From: the human T2T-CHM13v2.0 reference genome, Homo sapiens | Length of the DNA stretch: 64,000 nt | Strand: one strand, 5' to 3' | Assembly: GCF_009914755.1 (NCBI RefSeq) | Contig: NC_060935.1 | Shown: piece by piece, positions 40,361 through 54,456 of the stretch | How positions within the stretch are numbered: position 1 is the stretch's first letter | Layout of the letters: every line of letters begins with the position of its first letter | Made by a program: the position numbers and the translations under genes | Notes under the pieces: generated by a model | Databases searched by the model: none | The model's input: the letters and a program-made list of their open reading frames with translations, nothing else | Told to the model about the DNA's origin: nothing

Positions 40361-42020
40361 TACCCACTGTAATCTTAATCCCTAAACCTATCCAAAGAAA
40401 ACCTCCTATTACCTCCAATCTGTTCTCATACTCTGAAAAATATCTGCTCTTATTTCTATAGTTGTGTGGGTTACATTTTTCCTATCGCCTTCAGAACCCT
40501 TCTCAAGTTGTTCAGATTTTTATTATTACATGAAAGATAAGACACCTAAGTTTATTAGGTTATATTCTTCTTAATCCAGTAGATTTTCTAGAATTGTTTG
40601 TGTTGGATGAAGGCAGAGTGGAGGAAAGGAGATAATAAGCTCACTATTCTCCTTTGGCATAAATTAATCTCCCATATTAATCTTCAGCTAAGAGTAAGAG
40701 AATCACTGTCCCAAAGCAGTGGCTCACTGGAGTTCCATAAAATGATCAGAGAAGCTGAGATGAATAGAAAACTTCCTCCTGGGACCATACTTGGGCAGCA
40801 CATGTAGTCCTGATTCAGTCTGTGCATTGTCTGAGCACAAATGTGCTCTGATCCCATGCTGGGGGAGTACAGCTCTTTGTCCATGGGGAACGCTGTACAC
40901 ACCATCTACAAGCCTTTATTAAACTAAGGCCCATTTGAAATTTGATTCATTTGTCCAACCAAAGAGGCAGTACAGAGAGATGGAAAGAACAAGAGTTGAA
41001 GCTAAGCAAGTTTAGGCATAAAACCTTAGATGTGCTACTGAATGTACTCTCAACTTCCATATCTTTATCCTTACTTGTAAAATGGGAATAATAGCATTTA
41101 CCTTGCAGGACTGAATATCTGGAGAAGTAAATGAGACATATAGATAATATGCCAAGTATATTATAACCAATAAATATTAAAAATTCAAGAGGAGTCATGT
41201 TAAGGAAAATAATTGTAATAAATAATATTTTGTAAAATGACTAATGAGATATTGTGGTAAGCACTTTATCATTCACATAAATATCAGGAGATAAGTGCTC
41301 TTATTGCATCAGTTTCATAATTAGGAACTTGAGGCACAGAGAGGTTAAGGAACTTCCCTGGCATGTTATAGCTAATAAGGCTTCAAACCCAGTTATTTAC
41401 CTCCAGTACTGTGCTATTAAATATTGTTCCAGATAGTAATGCCTTCTTTCACAAAAAACGAAGGAAGTGGTTAGATTATCTAAGGACCTGAAACACATAG
41501 AATGACCTTATTATTCCTGATCTTAAATTTAACATTCAAGGGAAGCTCTTCCTTTGAAGTTCAAAGGGAATAATGAAATGCATTTTAGATTTAGAATCAT
41601 AAAACCTGTGAACAGTTTTCTGTTTCAGCACTTACTGTAAATCACTTAACACCTCTGAGCTCTTTATATATAAATAGTGGCAATTGTAATCTTACCCCGT
41701 TGATAGGTATAAATGAGGAAAAAGTCATGCAAGCCCCCTGTAAATGTAATTGCCTAACAAGTATTAGTTGCCATTAGTAAATGAGCCTAATTATACATTG
41801 AAGAGACTAAAACTGAAATAGCAATTACAGTGACAGTTCTCTCCATTCCACTTGGAAAATGCACCAGATTATTTTGTTGCACTTCAGCGTGTAACATATA
41901 ATCAATTTCAAAATATTTTTAACATCCAAATTTCTAGAATCATTTTAATATTATAAAATTCATGTGGATGAAAGCAGAGAATGATGGCACACAGTAATGC
42001 CTCTTTCTTTATTTTTGCAG

Positions 42021-42139
42021 AAAGTTTCATGAGAGGGTGAGAAACAGCAGGTATCCAATATTCTGAAGGATGGCATTCTGGGGTTGCCTAGGTTACTCAG
42101 CAGGATGCATTATCACATTATGCCTCATATTCTTTTGGA
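42021..42139 (+). other. Candidate non-coding internal exon (119 nt)
   Basis: Acceptor ctctttctttatttttgcag| and donor GGA|GTAAGT. Stops in all three frames. Confidence 0.45.
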
Positions 42140-42368
42140 GTAAGTAAAAATGGGCAAGATGTGAGACATGGAAGTTAAGCCTTCTGATAAGAAACTTGCA
42201 TCATCATCACTATAATCAAGAATGTGAAAAGATTTATTTACACATCACTTTTTAATTCATTTATCCAGTAATGTTAGATGTGTCCTGTCTATGGAACTGT
42301 ACTAGATGTTGAAGGAGGTGTATCTAGAAATATTCAGTCTGGTTGAAAATATAGGAGATATACAAATG

Positions 42369-42669
42369 GGCAGGGTGTGGTGGCTCACGCCTGTAATTCC
42401 AGTGCTTTGGGAAGCCGTGGCAGGCAGATCACCTAAGGTCAGGAGTTCGAGACCAGCCTGGCCAACATGGTAAAACCCGGTCTATACTAAAAATACAAAA
42501 ATTAGCCGGGCATGGTGGCACGTGACTGTAATCCCAGCTACCCATCAGGCTGAGGCAGGAGAGTCGCTGGAACCTGGGAGCCACAGGCTGTAGTGAGCCT
42601 AGATTGCACCACTGCACTCCAACCTGGGCGACAAAGCGAGACTCCATCTCAAAAAAAAAAAAAAAAAAA
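42369..42669 (+). mobile_element. AluS
   Basis: Full dimer with A-tail. Confidence 0.95.
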
Positions 42670-44064
42670 GGCTATATGCAAATGAAGTAAATAACAAATA
42701 ACATTGTAGAGGGGTGTATCATTAACTGAGAAAATGAGTGAAATCGCTGGTAAATACAAAGACAGTTCATAGAAGAGAGTGAAGAAGACAATGAGGGAAA
42801 TTTTACAGGAGCGAGAAAGAAGCCTGGGGGTCAGGAGTGACTGGGTTTTGAGAACTTACGAAGAAGTTCTTTTGGCAGAAACACGATCAATGAACTATAA
42901 GCACTATTCAGCAAAATAACTGAACGGGGAGGACTGTTCAATTATAGAGAACTTTGAATTTAGGCTGAGGAATTTAAGTGTGTTATGTGGGCAGTGGATG
43001 TTGAAGTGGCAGTAGTGGGAAAGAACAGAGGTCTTTTGTCCACTCAGAAGGCAGCCTTCGCATGGTACAAAGATAACTCTTGAGTTTTCTTTGAGGTCTT
43101 GACCTTCAGTTATGAAAGAATTCACCTTTAAGTATCAGAAAACAACCAACAGTGGCTTTAAACACATAGGCAAGTGTTGTTACTTGTTTACTTTTGTTTA
43201 CTTTTCATGTAACAAAAAGGCCACAAAATCAGCGTTCAGATCTGTCATGAAGAAGCAATGGTAGCTCTTCTGTCTTTCTGTTCCACCATCTTTACCATGA
43301 TGCTTTTGTCCTTATGGCTATAAGACGGTGGCTACATCTCCAGACAAGCAGGAAGAAGAGGAAAAGGCAAATGCAATAAGCAAAAGCATATGCAATGAGA
43401 ATCTGCCACTTAAACATTTTCCTAGATGTCCTACCTATTTAATTCTTGCTCACATTAATTTGCAAGAATGAGGTCAGAAGGCCCATCCTAATTGCAAGAT
43501 GGGTGCAAAGCAACAATCTTAGCTGGACAAATTGCTGCTGTAAGCAAAACTGGAGATTTGTAGGGAATAGAAAACTAGACATGTATGAGTGTCTGGTCTC
43601 ATTGGATATTTGGATCCAGAGGCCGTCTTGAAGATATAAAATATTTTCTTAATATCTTGGAAAAATTGTTTCTGTTTTCTGGGCAACACCTGGATAAATA
43701 AGTGAAGGGATGCCTGAGTGGGTTTTTCTCTAGTTCCATCAGCTGAATAGGTTGTGGATATACCCTCCAGATACTGACATTACATTGCCCATCAGCCTCA
43801 CTTTTCTATTTTATTGTGTCTTGTTCTGGGCCTTCAAAGCTATATTTTGGAAAAGTTTGGAAAAGCTACACTAAGAGATACTAACTAGATGGCATCTTAA
43901 ACCAATATTTAATGATTTCTTAGGTTTTAATTTGGTATTTTTATTCTTTCTTTGATCTAAACAGAGTAGGGCATTTTAAACCTCATTTATGGGGCTTTGT
44001 TTTAATGTGAGTTCTTATTTCTCATTTTATTCCCTCTTGGTCATTATTTTTCTTTCCAACTTTT

Positions 44065-45090
44065 TTTTTAATATGTATTTATTTATTTTTATTTTTTATT
44101 TTTTATTATTATACTTTAAGTTTTAGGGTACATGTGCACATTGTGCAGGTTAGTTACATACGTATATATGTGCCATGCTGGTGTGCTGCACCCACTAACT
44201 CGTCATCTAGCATTAGGTATATCTCCCAATGCTATCCGTCCCCCATCCCCCGACCCCACAACAGTCCCCAGAGTGTGATGTTCCCCTTCCTGTGTCCATG
44301 TGATCTCATTGTTCAATTCCCACCTATGAGTGAGAATATGCGGTGTTTGTTTTTTTGTTCTTGTGATAGTTTACTGAGAATGATGATTTCCAATTTCATC
44401 CATGTCCCTACAAAGGACATGAACTCATCATTTTTTATGGCTGCATAGTATTCCATGGTGTATATGTGCCACATTTTCTAAATCATTTAAGTCTGCAGAG
44501 GTTACTGCTGTCTTTTTGTTTGTCTGTGCCCTGCCCCCAGAGGTGGAGCCTACAGAGGCAGGCAGGCCTCCTTGAGCTGTGGTGGGCTCCACCCAGTTGG
44601 AGCTTCCCAGCTGCTTTGTTTACCTAAGCAAGCCTGGGCAATGGCGGGCGCCCCTCCCCCAGCCTCGCTGCCGCCTTGCAGTTTGATCTCAGACTGCTGT
44701 GCTAGCAATCAGCGAGACTCCGTGGGCGTAGGACCCTCCGAGCCAGGTGCGGGATATAATCTCGTGGTGCGCCGTTTTTTAAGCCAGACAGAAAAGCGCA
44801 GTATTCGGGTGGGAGTGACCCGATTTTCCAGGTGCCGTCGGTCACCCCTTTGATTAGGAAAGGGAACTCCCTGACCCCTTGCGCTTCCCGAGTGAGGCAA
44901 TGACTCGCCCTGCTTCAGCTCGCACACGGTGCACGCAACCACTGACCTGTGCCCACTGTCTGGCACTCCCTAGTGAGATGAACCCGGTACCTCAGTTGGA
45001 AATGCAGAAATCACCCATCTTCTGCGTCGCTCAGGCTGGGGGCTGTAGACCAGAGCTGTTCCTATTCGGCCATCTTGGCTCCGCCTCCTC
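44065..45090 (-). mobile_element. L1PA2-like element with ~5-kb internal deletion (about 600 nt of 5' UTR fused to the last ~400 nt plus polyA)
   Basis: Intact 5' start GAGGAGGCGGAGCCAAGATGGCCGAATAGG. Junction at 44484. 3' UTR carries GAG (non-Ta). TSD ccaactttt at 44056 and 45091. Confidence 0.93.
44641..44853 (+). CDS. ORF0: LINE-1 ORF0 (antisense 5' UTR ORF), open, 70 aa; expression unknown
   Basis: MAGAPPPASLPPCSLISDCCASNQRDSVGVGPSEPGAGYNLVVRRFLSQTEKRSIRVGVTRFSRCRRSPL* matches primate L1 ORF0. Confidence 0.8.
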   Translation: MAGAPPPASLPPCSLISDCCASNQRDSVGVGPSEPGAGYNLVVRRFLSQTEKRSIRVGVTRFSRCRRSPL

Positions 45091-45378
45091 CCAACTTTTA
45101 TTTTAATTTCAGAGGGCACATGTGCAGATTTGTCACATGTGTAAATTGTGTGTCATGGGGGTTTGGTGTACAGATTACTTTTCCACCCAGGTAATAAGCA
45201 TAGTATCTGATAGGTAGTTTTTCCATTCTTATCCTTCTGCCACCCTTCTCCTTCAAGTAGGCCCCAGTGTCTATTGTTCCCTTCTTTGTGTCCATATATA
45301 TTCAATGCTTAGCTCCCACTTAAAGTGAGAACATGTGGTATCTGGTTTTATGTTCCTGCATTAATTCACTTAGGATCA
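45091..45378 (-). mobile_element. Older L1PA (about PA15-16) 3' end; host of the mini-L1
   Basis: CACATGTGCAGATTTGTCACATGTGTAAATTGTGTGTC..GGGTTTGGTGTACAGATTA. Confidence 0.8.
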
Positions 45379-47129
45379 ATTGGTTTTTAGAGTTGTTTTT
45401 ATTTTTCCTTTGTCTCCCTGCAGATATTTCCAAGCATGTTTTCCCTAATCTTAAACATAGTAAGCCTAGTTATTTCATAAGATATAAATTTTGATGATTC
45501 TACTATCTCAAGTCTTTGTGGATTTATTTTAGTTGTTTCTTATTTCTTCTGTTCTTGTTCCTTATGTGCCTAATTATATAATCATGTAAGATAATATATA
45601 GGATAATTATATTATATAGGTATATTTTTAGAATATTTTAAATATAAATATATTTTTAAAAGTACAGTTATACGTGTTGCATCATAATATGTACATCATA
45701 ATATATAATGAGATATGTATACTGATAAATATGTTATTCATATCATTGATTTCTAGTAGGTTCTACAGCTTTGGGGCCATTAAGGTTTGAGGTTTTCTGG
45801 GCTGTTCAGGTGATGCGTATCCAGGCCATAAGTCTGCCTGAGAGCTGTTTGCGTTCAGTTCCCACTAACTCTGAAGCTGTAGCCTTTTGGAAGTCTTATC
45901 AGATGTGGATTTCCCACCTGGGCTAACTTTAGCTATTGTATTCCTTCCCCACAAATCTGTTGAAATCCTTTGCTTCTGGATTTGCAAAAATCCTCCAGGC
46001 AAAAGTGTTTTAGAAAATTGGGTTTCCTCCTTTGACCTTCCAAACATGGGCAAAACCATTTCCCACTATATTGTTGGCTCTTTTATGCTTTTAATATTAA
46101 TTTATTGTTTTTTCAGTAGTCTTCAGAGAGATGGTTGGTCCAAATTACCTAGACGACCTTTATCGAAATATAAAGTAATTCTTCTTTATTATTAATCCTT
46201 CTGTTTCTTCCCTCCTTCTTCCTCCCTTTCCTCTTTTTTCTCCACCTCCTCCTTTTTCACTTTCTTCCTTTCCTATTTTCAAAAAAAATTGGTTGTGTGC
46301 CTACTATTGCCAGTCATTACTTATGTTTATTATATTTATCTAACATATATCTTTATAATTTCTTTTATTTTTAGTGATTTTGTTTACAGTTTTAAGTAGC
46401 ATATGGTATATTATTCTTTAACTCAATGTGGGAGTATTTTCCTTTAACAGGTTTATAATTCTATACTTAATATTAGAATCAACCTTTGCTGATTTCTTAG
46501 CTATGTATTCTTGTGCAATTAACCCCCTTCACTCTCATTTACTTCATGTCATTAAAAGGCATAATAAAAGTATTTTCTTCATAGGGTTGCTTTGAGGATT
46601 AAACAAAATAGTTTACTTAAACCTTTTAACCACAGTATTTGAAAGCTTAATATATAGTATATTATTATTGTTATCATTTTTATTAATTATAAACAAGACT
46701 AACCTAACCCACTTACACTTATTGTTGTAACTGATATGTTTTCCTTTGCTTTGGCAATTTTTTTATACTTTAAAATTTAAAATATTTTTCGATATTTTCT
46801 TTGTTTTCTGTCTTTTGTTTAATATACACACATACAGTGATTTATAGGACAAAATTCTAAATTAAAGTCTACCAATGGTTTACATGTATAAAATATGTAA
46901 TTAACTATACATATTAATTAGTTAACCAATTAATTGAATTTGAAATTTAATAATATGATTATAAAATCAAAATGTATAAACATATTTATGGTGACTAATT
47001 TTCTATCTTTGTTTTCTGGTCAATCGAATTCTTCTTTCTAAAGGTGAATAATGTTTTCACTTCTAGAGTGTCTCTAAATATAGTATGTTATGCCTTTTCA
47101 ATTATATATATATATGTAAATATATTTTT

Positions 47130-47660
47130 TCCTTCTTTTCCTCGTTATACACAACTAATCACATACTGCACACATTCTCCTGCTTCATTTAATAGCTATG
47201 TTAGAATTTGTTCAACATTAACATAAAATAGCATCCTCATTTTGTATGAATTCTTTTAATTCCATCATATGAATGTATCATAATTTATTTAACTATTTGC
47301 TTATATTGTATAAGGGCATTTAGACTGATTCCAATTTTTTTGCTTGCACAAACTGTTTCAAAAAACAACTTTGTACATCTGACAATTTTTACTTATGCGA
47401 ACTTATTTTTAGGTAAAATTTCTACAAGTGAAACTGGTGTGTCAAAGGGCATACACATTTTAATTTTGATTGATATTGTCAAATTGTCCTTCTTAAAGAT
47501 TATGTTAATCTAAGTTGTTACTAGGAATGTATAAATAAGATTGCCTGTTGCTTCACATTGTTGCCAACATAGTAGTTTCAAACATTTTAATCTTGGCCTG
47601 TCTGAAGTGAAGAAAGGCATGTGAACATAGCTTTATTTAAACTTATATTTCTTGATGTCA
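47130..47660 (-). mobile_element. Old L1M fragment
   Basis: GGGCATTTAGACTGATTCCAATT.., GTGTCAAAGGGCATACACATTT resemble L1M 3' sequence. Confidence 0.55.
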
Positions 47661-47686
47661 AAATCAGAAACAAAACTATAGCCTTT

Positions 47687-48051
47687 TGCTATAGGCTGAA
47701 CATTTATGCCCTCCCAAAGGTTGTATGATGAAACCTAATCCTCAATGTACTGGTCTTATGAGATGGGGTCTTTGGGAGGTGATTAGGTCATGGGGCTGGA
47801 GCCCTCATGAATGGGATTAGTGCGCTTATAAAAGAGACTCTAGAGAGCTTCCTTGTCCTTTCTGCCATGTGAGAACACAACAAAAGGATAGCTGACTGTG
47901 AACCAGGCAGCAGGCCCTCACCAGACACCAAATCTGTCAGCACCTTGATCTCAAACTTTCAGTCTCCAGAATAGTGAGAAATAAATTGTTATTGCTTATA
48001 AACCACCCAGTCTATGGTATTCTGTTACAGTATCCTGAATAGTCTAAGACT
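47687..48051 (+). mobile_element. MaLR solo LTR (MLT1A/MST type)
   Basis: GGAGCCCTCATGAATGGGATTAGTG..TTATAAAAGAG; 5-bp TSD ccttt. Confidence 0.88.
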
Positions 48052-48660
48052 CCTTTGATTCCCTCTTTACACAAGCCAAAATTCAACTTTGCTTACCCCC
48101 TCTACCACTGATATCATTAATTCAGATATCCCACTCTCACATATTCACAGTATGCCTGCTTTCCAAATTTACATGTTTCTATAGTCTGATCATTCTATTT
48201 TCTACTATTCATTAGCCTATTCATGGTCCTGTTTTCCTCTCTAACATAGATCCTTTACGCATCAATTCCATCACTTACTTCCCATGTTGTGCTTCTACAA
48301 ATAGCCATGTGGCAAAATCACAGCCTCCGATTAAGCCAGCTGTCCACGCCGCTGCAAGGATGTGGGCAGCTGGACACTGCTGGGGAAAATCACACCACCA
48401 GGCTGACCAATGTCACATCATCAGACACAGCTCCCCAGTCCTATCTAGGCCCTCAAGGCTGCCGAGTAGTTACTCAAGTTATCACATTCTTTCATGTTCA
48501 AACTTACTATTTCAAATATTTTTCATCTTCCTCAGACTTCCACCACTCTTCACCAATACTTCTCATTTTCCAAAAAGGTCTCCATCTTCCACCTTGTGTG
48601 TAAAAGAGAAACTTTTGTTCAGGAAGTCCCTCAATTTAACAGTACCAAGTCTATACAAAC

Positions 48661-49015
48661 TTACATGGTTTGGCTTTGTGTCCCCACACAAATTTAATCT
48701 TGAATTGTAATCTCTAGGTGTTGAGGGAGGAACCTGGTAGGAGGTGATTGGATTATGGGAGCAATTTCCCTCATGCTGTTCTTGGGATGATTGAGTTCTC
48801 ACGAGATCTGATGGTTTTATGTGTTTGACAAGTTCCTCCTACACCTGCTCTCTTGCCTGCTGCCATGTAAGATGTGCCTGCTTCCCCTTCTGCCATGAGT
48901 GTAAATGTCCTGAGGCCTCATCAGCCATGTGGAACTGTGAGTCAATTAAATCTTTCTTTATAAATTACCCGGTCTTAGATATATCTTTGTAGCAGTGTGA
49001 GAACAGACTAATACA
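48661..49015 (+). mobile_element. THE1D/MSTA-type solo LTR
   Basis: ATGGTTTGGCTTTGTGTCCCCAC...GACTAATACA; TSD ca(a/g)ac. Confidence 0.9.
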
Positions 49016-49744
49016 CAGACCTCATCCAACTTTCTTCATTTCCATTCTAGTAAGAAAGGAGGTAATATCAGTTTCTCTTACCTAAGACCAATTTATTTAC
49101 CTTTACCTTTGCTTTTAGTCACATGTATTCCTGCTCTCTCAAGGAAATTGCTCTACTAATTATTTTTTTCTGTCCAGCCAACTTCTCTCTATACTGATCT
49201 TTTGCATAAACATTTAAATATGCATCAGTCACTCTTAATTCAAAAACAAAGAAACTCATTCTCTTAATTCCCTAATTCCTCTCCAGTAGTTCAAACCTCC
49301 GGAAGATTTTTTAACTACACCACTTCAGTTCGCTTTCTTTCCAACTGCCTCCTCAATCAATCTACTCCAATTTGACCCACCTCCAGCTTCACGGGAACTT
49401 CTCTCCTGAGTTTGCAGCAATTTTCTTGTGCTAATTGAAAGAATACTTTTTTTATTTTCATCTCTCCTGACCTCAACTGCATTTGACATTGTTGATCATT
49501 TCCCCCTTTTTGAAATTCTTCAGGTTTCTATGACATATACTCCCCTAGTATTCATCTGTCCTTCCTGAACATTCTTTCTCAGTTCAACTTTTCCTCTCCA
49601 TCTCCTCTGGTCACCCCTTAAGCATGTAGATTCTCCCCAGCCATCTTCCCTATGTCCTTCTATCTTCTCACATGTCACTCCTGAATTACCTAGAAAGACC
49701 AACTCAGACTGTCCTAAACTAAATTCTCATTTTATCCCCTCCTT

Positions 49745-50047
49745 ATTTTTTTTGTGGGGGGGGAGGACATGGTCTCACTCTGTCACCCAGGCTGGAGTGC
49801 GGTGATGTAAACATGGCTCACTGCAGCCTTGAACTCCCATGCACAGGTGATCCTCTCACCTTAGCTTCTTGAGTAGCTGGGACCACAGGTGGACCCAACC
49901 ACGCCTGGCTAATTTAAACAATTTTTTGGTAGAGATGAGATCTTGTTATGTTGCCCAGGCTGACCTCTAATTCCTGGGCTCAAGTAATCCTCCTGCCTCA
50001 GCCTCCCAAAGTGCTGGAAATACAGGTGTGAGCCACCATGCCTGGCC
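49745..50047 (-). mobile_element. AluJ within L2 remnants (about 49020-50760)
   Basis: Antisense Alu; flanking pyrimidine-rich L2 motifs (GATCATGTAACTTTTCTGTTTAAAATGCTTC). Confidence 0.85.
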
Positions 50048-51152
50048 CTCATCTAATCTTTTAAACTTCCCTTTTCACCACCTTTCCTTTCTCAATAAAT
50101 AAAACCAGTACGTACTTACAACTCAAGCTAGAATCTTGGTAACTATCACCAAATTTTGACAAATTTGTTTATAGCCACCCAACCTCTCTTCATCACCTTT
50201 TTATCTGGGCTGCTCAGATAACCTCACAAGTTATCTCCTTTGGTTTATTCATGACCATCTGCATTTATGTTCCACTCAGAGTCAGAATGATCTCCCTAAA
50301 GTACAGATTTGATCATGTAACTTTTCTGTTTAAAATGCTTCAATTACTTCTTATTTTCCACTGGGATCATGTTCAGGATTCTTAACATGGTGTATGAGAC
50401 TCTGCAAGTCCTGGCCCTTACTTGCTTTTTGCCTCCTCTCCAACCACTCCCTCCTTCAGTCTAGCTGCTTCAAGTGGAGGTGCCATATTCTGTGTTTTGT
50501 CCTCAGATCTTCAAATATGCTCATCTATTAGTGTGAGACAATCTTTAGCAGCTACCATCATCCTTGCCCCTTTTCACCTACAAGACTAACTGCCTCTTAT
50601 CCTCAAGTCCCTTTTCACAGGTTATGTGCTCAGGAATGTTTTCTCTGAGCCCTCCTCATCTCACTGCCCCCCACCCCCTCACACACAGCAGTCTAGATTA
50701 GGGCCCTTTGTTCTGTGCTCCTTTGTCAACTGCTCTTTTCCTTTATTAACATTCATTATACTTGTATTATTTTTTATATCTTTATTGAGGTACATTTCAC
50801 ACACTTTAAAATTCATCCATTGAAATTGTACACTTGAGTGGTTTTGAGTATATTCTTGAAGTTGTGCAACCATCACCACAATATAATTTTAGAACACTTT
50901 CAACACCCCAGAAAGATACCCCATACAAATTAACAGTCATTCTCCATTTTTGCTCCCTATCCCCCTGTCCCAGACCGAGGAAACCACTGAGCTGCTTTCT
51001 GTCTCTAAGGATTTGCTTGTTTTGGACATTTCACATAAATAAAATCATGCAATGTATAACTTTGTGTCTGGCTTCTTTCATTTAACATGACTTCAGGATT
51101 TATCCATGTTGTAGCATGTATTACTATTTTGCTGTTTCTTATTGCCCAATAA

Positions 51153-51587
<435 letters not shown>

Positions 51588-51926
51588 TAAACTGTGAAGT
51601 AGAATTGCTGGATCATATCATAACCCTATGCCTAGCATTTCAAGGACTATTTTCCAAAGAGGCTGTACTGTTGTACATTCCCACCAGCAATGTATGGGGA
51701 TTCTAATTTTTTCACATCCTCATCAACACTTGTTGTCTGTCTTTTTGACAGATAATCTCCTCTTTCATTTTTTATTTTTAGCAATTTGCGTCTTCTCCCT
51801 TTCTTTATTGGTTAGTCTAACTAAAGTTTGGCAATTTTGTTAATCTTTTCAGAAAATCAACTTTTCGTTTTGTTGATTTTCTCTATTGTTTGTTTTATTT
51901 TTACTATAATCTTTATTATTTTATTT

Positions 51927-52427
51927 TGTAACTGAACCTAGCTTTGGCTCATTGTTGCTCAAAAGTCAAACTCCAGAGTCAAGAGTTGGTGGGAGAAAAA
52001 GCAGGCTTATTCAAGAACCATAACCACAGAGATGGCAGACTAGTGTTGCAAAGACTATCTCAGTTCTTCAAGCTGGCTGGAGGGTTTTAATGGTGGGGTG
52101 GGGGGAATATAGAGAAACTGCGCACAGGGGTTGACTATATGCGGGTAAGCATGTCTGATCTTGATGACTCTCTTGAGCAGTGGGCCATCTGGTGGTCTGG
52201 CTGGCATCAGCTTGATTCCAGCAGAAATATAGATTAACTGCTCCACATTCTTCTTGGGGAGGAATGTTCCACAACCGTGATTCTGTGCTTAGTTTTCGAG
52301 GCTACTTCATGGGGTTATTTAAGCAAAAAAAATGAATTAAACATTAGTAAAAGCCCAGCATAGAAAGAGAGGGGGGAAAAGAAGAAAAACAACTGTTTTT
52401 CAAGAAGGGATGGTAGTTTCTGTTACA
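51927..52427 (-). mobile_element. ERV1-type solo LTR (~500 bp, family unresolved)
   Basis: Terminal inverted TGTAAC...GTTACA; interrupts colinear L1 ORF2 sequence. Confidence 0.7.
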
Positions 52428-52656
52428 CTTCCTTCTGCTTTCTTTGGATTTAATTTGCTCTGCTTTTTCTAGTTTCTTAAAGTGCTTTGAGAACTTTTTT
52501 CTTTTAATATAGGCATCGTTAGCTATAAATTTACCTCTAAGCACTGCATTAGCTGCATCCCATGTTTGTCTTTTCATTTTCATTCATTTTCAAGTATTTG
52601 CTGATTTACCTTGTGATTTCCTCATAACACATTTGTTATTTAGGAGTGTGCTGTTT

Positions 52657-53006
<350 letters not shown>

Positions 53007-53747
53007 TGAATTTCCCAAATTTTCTTTTGTTGTTGAATTTTAATCTTTCTTTATTGAAGTTGCAGAACATTCTTTGCATGATTTTAATCCTGTTAATTTT
53101 ATCAAGTATTGTGTATAGCTAAGCATGTTCTGGAGAAGTCCATATGCACCTGAGAGGAATGTGTATTTGTTGTTGTTGGGGAAAGTGTTCTCTAGTTGTC
53201 TGTTAGATGTAATTGATGTGTATATTTCTTGAAGTTATCTATTTCCTTGTTGATCTTATACCTCAATTGTTCCATCCATTATCGAAAGTGGGATATTGAA
53301 AAATCCTTGTTGAATTATCTCTTCTTTTTCTTCTGTCTTGGTTTATGTATTTCAGGACTCTGTTGTTAGATATACATATAAAATACATTATGTATATTTA
53401 TTTATAATTGCTATATTTTCCTAATGAGTTAAATCTTTTATCATTATAAAATGACCTTGTTAATCTCTAGTGAAATAGTTTTTTTTCTCAAAGTCTATTT
53501 TGTCTAATATTAGTTTAACTACTCTAACAGTATTTTGGATATTGCTTTTATGGTATTATTGACCTGCTGTAGAAACAAGGTGGACCCTGTTGGTTTCGAT
53601 GTCAAAACTGATGACACCACACACACACTAAAAGGATATTAAAAAATTAATTACTCACATAATGATCCTTCCTGGGAAGATCAAGTGACTCCCAAGCAAA
53701 TAAAAAAATGTGATAAGAACAGGGAAAGGAGAGACTAGCTTGGGGTT

Positions 53748-54456
53748 TATGAGGGTTGATTTTGGGTGCAACTTGACTGCATCAAGGGGTACCCAGATGG
53801 CAGGTAAAGCATTAATTATTCTCAGTGTTTTAGGAGGCACTAAGCCCATCCCTCTTCTGCTGAAAGAAAAACCCAGGTGGTTTGGCATTTGATTAGAACG
53901 ATTGGGATGCCCCAAATGTGTCTGTGAAATGTTTCCTGAGAGAATTGGCATGTGAGTAGCTGGACTGAGTGAGGAAGATCTGCCCTCAATGTGGGTGGGT
54001 ACCATCCAATCAGCTGGGGACCTTGATGTAACAAATAGTGGAGGAAGAGTGAATTCTTGCTCTTTCTGCTGGAGTCAGGGTGCTCTTCTCCTGCCCTTGG
54101 ATGTCAGAACTCCAGTTCTATGGCCTTTGGACTCCAGTACTCACACCAGTGGCCCCTGGCTGGGGCTCTTGGACTTTTGACCTTGGACTGAGAGTTACAC
54201 CATATGCTTCCTTGGTTCTAAGGCCTTTAGCCTTAGGTGGAGCCACACTATCAGCTTATGAGGTTCTGAGGTATTCTGACTTGAACTGAACCATGCTACT
54301 GGCTTCCCTGGTTCTCAGCTTATAGACGGCCTATTGTGGTACTTCTTAGCCTTCATAATTAAGTGAGCCAATTACCCTAATAAACCTTTTCTAATACTTC
54401 TCTCTTTATATATATTCTATCAGTTCTGTCTCTCTTGGGGAACGCTGACCAAAACA
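53748..54456 (+). mobile_element. MLT2B-type (ERVL) solo LTR, nested in another LTR-like remnant
   Basis: CAACTTGACTG..GGTACCCAGATGGCAGGTAAAGCATT; GGAAGATCTGCCCTCAATGTGGG; TSD gg(g/a)tt. Confidence 0.85.

Noticed and set aside
44470-44500. L1 junction as a spliced (SpIRE) product
   Set aside because: A GT follows the 5' breakpoint in the consensus as I recall it, but no AG precedes the 3' breakpoint
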